Position numbers and translations under genes: made by a program
Notes under the pieces: generated by a model
What the model was told of the DNA's origin: nothing
What the model saw: the letters and a program-made list of their open reading frames with translations, nothing else
Database searches by the model: none
Part shown: in pieces, positions 58,683 to 64,000 of the stretch
How the letters are laid out: every line of letters begins with the position of its first letter
Position numbering within the stretch: the stretch's first letter is position 1
Origin: Sporopachydermia quercuum
Taxonomy: Eukaryota
Length of the DNA: 64,000 bases
Direction of reading: 5' to 3'
NCBI GenBank assembly: GCA_001599295.1
Contig: BCGN01000002.1
Location: 1,922,001 to 1,986,000, forward strand

Positions 58683-60230
58683 TCAGCGATAGATCTTTTC
58701 ATCAAGCTCTGTACGATCAACATCTAAATCCAAATCGGAGCTTGATTCATTATCCGATAATGCAAGTTCATCTATTCGATGATGTCCATTGCCGTTACCA
58801 TTAATGTCACCATTTGGTCCATCTTCAAGGTTCTCATAGTTCAGTTTATTCTTCTTAGACAGAAGATGAGCAAATGGTCTTTGCTGTTCTCTAACGTTCC
58901 ATTTCAAGGTCCTGCTAACGCTATCAATATAATCTGTTGGTTTAGATATTATGGTGGGAAATGGATACTGTGATACACTAACCTCAACATAATCTCCGGC
59001 TTTAATCTCAGTTCTATCCCTGCCATCAAAAGATGCCCATGCTGTAGATCTTGACTTCGCAGGTATTGAAACCCTGAGTTTCATTGAATCAGGTAATAGC
59101 ATAGGTCGAAATGATAAGGTATGGGGACAAATTGGCGTAACAGAAATAGCAGAAACCTCAGGATGAACTAATGATCCACCAGCAGAAAGTGAATAAGCTG
59201 TAGAGCCCGTTGGTGTTGATAGGATTAATCCATCTGCCTGAACGACAGTCAATAAGTTTCCATCTCCATATAGTTCTAGCATAGATATCCAGGGACTAGG
59301 ACCTCGATCAACAACAATCTCATTCAAAACTTGATGTGAGCTTATCAATTCATCATTACTATTATAAATTGAACAAAGAAACCTCATACGAAGATTCACT
59401 CTAAACCCTTCTTCGAAAATACTCCTCAAAGTTGATCTAAAGTTTTCAAATATGAAGTTCGTTAGGAAACCTAGACTGCCGAGTCTGAAAGCCATTACTG
59501 GAGGAACAACTTCTTGAAACAATCCAGACACATATAAAACTGTACCATCACCACCTAATGCTATAACTAAATCAAATAAGTTTGGAGATTTTTTTGCGAG
59601 TTCAGTATCCCAATATTTCAAATAGCCTTCAAAAGATGGATTATCAGCAATCAAACCTGAACTATTGAACCTTTTCGAGTTCCTCAATTTATGATCAACA
59701 TAAACAGTAACTGGTCTTTCACATTTGACAGATAGATCAGCAAACGAATTTGAATTTGAGCTTGATTGCGATGAAGATGCAGATGAAGTACTTTTAACAC
59801 CAGAGATAAGCCATTCAGCCACTTCTCTTGTAAGATAAACAAGGGAATTATCTCTTGCCTTAGTTACAATCATCACCGACTGAACGTTTAAATGGACAAT
59901 AGCTTCCCGCAGCTGAAAAGCTAACCGTTTGACTTCAGTGGCTGTTTTAACACTAGATTTCTATGTTAGCATATAGGAAAGTAGGTGAACAGAACTATTG
60001 ACAAGTATGACTGGCTAATAGAACAATAAGAACGTCCCTAAATTGACTACCATTCAAAACCCAATTATTACATACTAATTTGAATGCGAGATTTTTCCTT
60101 CACCCTTATCTAGATTACCTTTATTAGAAGGTGGCACTTCTTCCACAACAGCATCGCTGAACTTCTCATGAATGTAGCAACCATTGCCAATATCGGAGGA
60201 TCTAGGATTCTCCCTAGTGTTGAAATACAT
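58683..60230 (-). CDS. UTR1: ATP-NAD(H) kinase, Utr1/Yef1-like; exons 60230-60076 and 59952-58683
   Basis: 'LGGDGT', 'LGSLGFL', 'VLNE', 'TPTGSTAYSLSAGGS'. Intron 60075-59953 (GTATGT...GCTAAC...TAG) gives 'SHSNYVKTATEVKRLA'. Confidence 0.9.
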
Positions 60231-61902
60231 GGCTCTTCTTTATTCTTCTCTTCGACTAGCTGATTTTAAGATACTTTTGTTCAAGAATTCTCTTCTTTCT
60301 CACTTATCAGGTTTATTTTGTTTCGACTTGTTGTTTATTGAGGACTTCTCACACTACTTCTATGTTTTAGTGACAGTTGATCAACCTCATACAATGATTA
60401 TGTAGTCTTAGAATAACACTATCAGTAAAAAGAATATCAATAAAATTGTTTTCAATGCAAATGAGTTCAAGGCATAAATTCAATTACCTCGCTGCTATCC
60501 TTCTATCTATTAAACTTCTAACTTTCACTCCTATCTTTCAAGTAGAGTTGAAAGGCAAGGCGATAGAATAACAGAACTCACAGATCTATGAGCAGAGCCA
60601 ATGTCTGAGATTATAAGCTAGCCCACCCAACACCTTACTCTAAGTTCAATCCAAGCCAATAACTCTTTGTAAAAGAAAACAACACTTAAACGAATATAAA
60701 AAATGCTCTCCTTCCTTCTTTCTTTTTATCGTTCTTGTCTCCTTTTTCTTTTTATCCGAAGTGAAACTCTGCTTGAAAAATTCGCTTTTTGGGCTATCTT
60801 TCAGAAAAAAAGGTTAAATACTCAAAATAATGTATGATGACGTGAACAGATATTTGTCCAAATTAACCCGATGGTGATTAAGCGGATTGGAACCGGAAAA
60901 ATGTCAAATTGATGACAGGGAGGCAATATCAATATGAAATGTAGATGTTTTGTGCCTGCGATTCATGGAGTAGACAATTAAGTTATTCGCAAAAGTTGTG
61001 GATTTTGTTAAATTGATGATAGTCACAAATGATGTTTCCAGAAATCAGTACTCAGTTCTGTTTTAGGTGCTAATTTGTAGGATTTTAATGTAGACAAAGA
61101 AGAGAGGTAGACTACGATACGTAGCCAAATTATATCCAAGACGATGACAATATTGACAGTGGATGCGCACAGTCTTTTAGATACAAAGCTAAATATCAAT
61201 ACAATACAAGGAATAATTCGAAAATGACTATCAAGCAGAATAGAATCAATACGGAAAAACAGAGACTCTCATTTATACATCGGGTATTCTTTTCAGCGTT
61301 TTGGGAAGTATATAGCAATTCACCAGTATGCAGCTCTTCTACAAGGTGATGATGAAAAACTTCAAAGGAGCTTCCCCACATAAAATCCGATTTCACCGTG
61401 GGAAAATCATCATCAATCCCTAAACAGTACAGTGCTATCTAAAAGTAATGATAAAGCATATCTGATGTTAGTTTTATGTACCTTTTCCATTGCCCGTATA
61501 TCTCTTTTTGTGGTGTCCTTCCCCCACATTCATGCTATGTATCTGATGACTCACCTGATTGACAGGAAAAACAGATGCGCAAACGCAAAAGAAGTATAAC
61601 TCGGTGAAATCAAGGTGTCAATTAAAGAACAACAAACAAACAAACAGTGACATGATAGTGATCTCCACAATGCTAATCATCGAATGAATAGTTCTGCTTC
61701 ATCCTCATCTATGATCAATCTGTGTACCTGACTGGCAATGCATTGATTGTCAGGGTTGTCATGACGGCAAAATGTTTTTCTGATAGTCAACAAGACATTG
61801 GTTCAGGACAATCAAGACATTGTGACATGAGAAATCACGTGATATCTCGAAATAAACTGTCTCATAAGAGGTGATATGAAGAACCTCATATTTCTAGTAT
61901 TG

Positions 61903-62744
61903 TTACTAATGGCGCTGTTTTTCTGGCTGGCCAGCTTATCACCATTGTAGTTTAAGTTAATAGCAAAAAAAGGTCCATAAATATGATGGGTTAATAGAAT
62001 GGCAGGAAGCATAAAAATTCTGGTATATTAGAAACATCTGTCTAGCAGTTTTTTAGGAAAAGTTTAACTGTTGGAAGCGTCCCCAATGATTGCACATCAA
62101 GTCTGAATCTTCGTTAATGATACCTCATTTGGCTAACGATACAAATAGATCAACATGATATAGACATAGGATAGAAATAGGATAAATTTATCACTATCTT
62201 TGTTGCATTGCAGTAGAAATATATTCTAACGACTTAGTCACGATTCTCTCTTTATTCATAGAACATATAAGTTGAAACAAGACTCATATTTCAGAGGTAG
62301 ACAACTTATGTATGTTGAAGGGTTCATCTTCCTTCTGCATTTCACCAGATCTCTATTCTGATATGACTTCATTCTAGAAAACCGTTGGCCTGAAATCAGT
62401 GACAAATGACCTAAGAAGATTCCGATTTATCGTTATCATCTATTGTATATCGATCATAAAAGTTTTACTAGTAAATAGACTGTCTTACTAAAGATAAAGT
62501 TTATCTTTAAGCTAAAATCTAGGCTCTACATGTGTGACAACATTTTCTTACCGATCTTTCTTCTTATCTAAGCATTGTCGTGTTGTTGAGAGGATCAACA
62601 GAAAGAAAGGAAAAATTTATTCATCAAACATCCAATATTTTTGCCATACTATTTCAAGCAGTTATTTATTTCATCATTTCTTTCATCTCATTTGATCCAT
62701 GTCATTCTTAGACTTCTGAATCATCTCGCATCTTACTTTACTAA
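61903..62744. promoter_or_regulatory. Yap1 response elements upstream of thioredoxin
   Basis: TTACTAA at 61903, 62485 and 62738; TTAGTCA at 62234. Confidence 0.5.
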
Positions 62745-63250
62745 GTGGATTAATAAGCAATTGCGTTACCGAACACTTCTTTAACATGGGATTAAAAATC
62801 AAATCACTCCAACGCCTCAATTCATTATAAATACTTATCAATTATTTACAGCAGAGACTTTCATATATAAATAGCTGCTCATGCCTTCCTTTTCTTATTT
62901 TTCTTTAATTCTTTAATACCTTTCGCATCCTTCCAANTCCTATCATTAATTCCATATCGTCATCATACATTTCATCATATCATCTGTCCCATTGCTCATC
63001 CTTCAGGACTCACGTACAAACATCATATGAAAGGGGAACTGGAACGGCCATCAATCACATCACCATATTAGCATTAATTCTGTTTCACTTCTTCACCTAC
63101 TGTATTATTGTGCTATATCATAGAAGCTATAGAAAAGAATCCAATCAATCAATCCATCGGATATAAATCGACGAAAAAAAGATTAACCTAGTCAGTATAG
63201 TATACATTTAGTACTAAATCAAATCACCAGCGTACAATAAATTCATCACA

Positions 63251-63562
63251 ATGGTTGAACAAATTAAATCAGTTGAACAATTCAAAGAAGTCACATCTGC
63301 TTCAAATTTAGTCGTTATTGACTTCTTTGCTACCTGGTGCGGACCTTGCAAGATGATTTCACCAGTTATTGAAAAATTCTCAAAGGAATTCACTGATGCC
63401 AGTTTCTACAAGGTTGATGTTGATGAATTATCATCTGTTGCTGCTGAAAACGACATCTCATCAATGCCAACATTTTTATTCTTCAAAGAAGGTAAAGTCA
63501 TTGGTAAGGTGATTGGTGCTAATCCATCTGCTATTAAAAATGCTATTCAACAAGCTTTATGA
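63251..63562 (+). CDS. TRX1: Cytosolic thioredoxin
   Basis: 103 aa; 'DFFATWCGPCKMISP'. TRX1 and TRX2 cannot be distinguished. Confidence 0.97.
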   Translation: MVEQIKSVEQFKEVTSASNLVVIDFFATWCGPCKMISPVIEKFSKEFTDASFYKVDVDELSSVAAENDISSMPTFLFFKEGKVIGKVIGANPSAIKNAIQQAL

Positions 63563-64000
63563 CTATACAGCAAGCTATAAACAGGTCAAATGGAATGGTC
63601 TATTATATAATATGTTTCTTTATAAATGATTGAATATATGTTCATTTCAAATAGAACGAGCGTAGATACTCGTATTGTATATGTACTCTAGAAGCAAAGG
63701 ACAAAGGAAGAGTAACGGAAGCAATGAATGTATGTAGAGCAAACCAAAATTAGAAGAGATAAAGAGTAAACCAAACCTGTATATAGTTGAAGTATTTCGT
63801 AGCGAAATATATCATATTCTGAGAGAGGTCAAAATAGCCGGATGTTAGAATGTTCATATATTTGTTTACTTCTAGTAAACCTGACCTTCAGTTCCTTGAA
63901 ACAACTCTTCCATATTTGTCACTGTCATCTACTTGGAAAGCAAATATTGATTACTTGATTTTCTGAATAAATTGATGGATATTAGGTGAGTCTTTTGATC

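Noticed and set aside
414..62012. Many 60-170 aa ORFs antisense to or overlapping real genes, and short intergenic ORFs
   Set aside because: Shadow frames of real genes, often mirroring Asn/Ser repeats, with no recognisable motifs. The exceptions are 11161-11346 and 11686-11934, which are reinterpreted as copia fossil pieces.
1..64000. CRISPR arrays, rRNA, telomeric arrays, intact transposons
   Set aside because: None seen: no regularly spaced repeats and no intact gag-pol or transposase ORF.

Overview
AT-rich budding-yeast (Saccharomycotina) nuclear DNA. CUG reads as Leu at conserved sites, and scattered single Ns suggest a heterozygous consensus. It holds about 22 protein genes, 8 spliceosomal introns reconstructed by hand in 6 genes, and 3 tRNA genes (Gly-GCC; intron-containing Ser-GCT and Asp-GTC). 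Several blocks match S. cerevisiae or pre-duplication gene order from memory: MDM34-BOL2-NIF3, HRT3-INO2, UBP3-YER152C-(PET122 position)-OXA1-BEM2, SGF29/PGS1 and MUB1-OAC1. Four things stand out. (1) The two large ORF-free gaps (about 9.5-12.4 kb and 38.6-42.5 kb) contain heavily decayed Ty1/copia RT-RNase H fossils, visible only as in-register motifs across stops and frameshifts. (2) An intronless bacterial-type serine esterase ending in a peroxisomal PTS1 signal sits beside tRNA-Asp. (3) A PPR-like orphan occupies the PET122 position. (4) Several regulatory motifs are readable: SRE GATA boxes at the siderophore transporter, ICRE boxes and an overlapping uORF at INO2, and Yap1 sites at thioredoxin. 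All homology calls come from motif recognition, not database searches.
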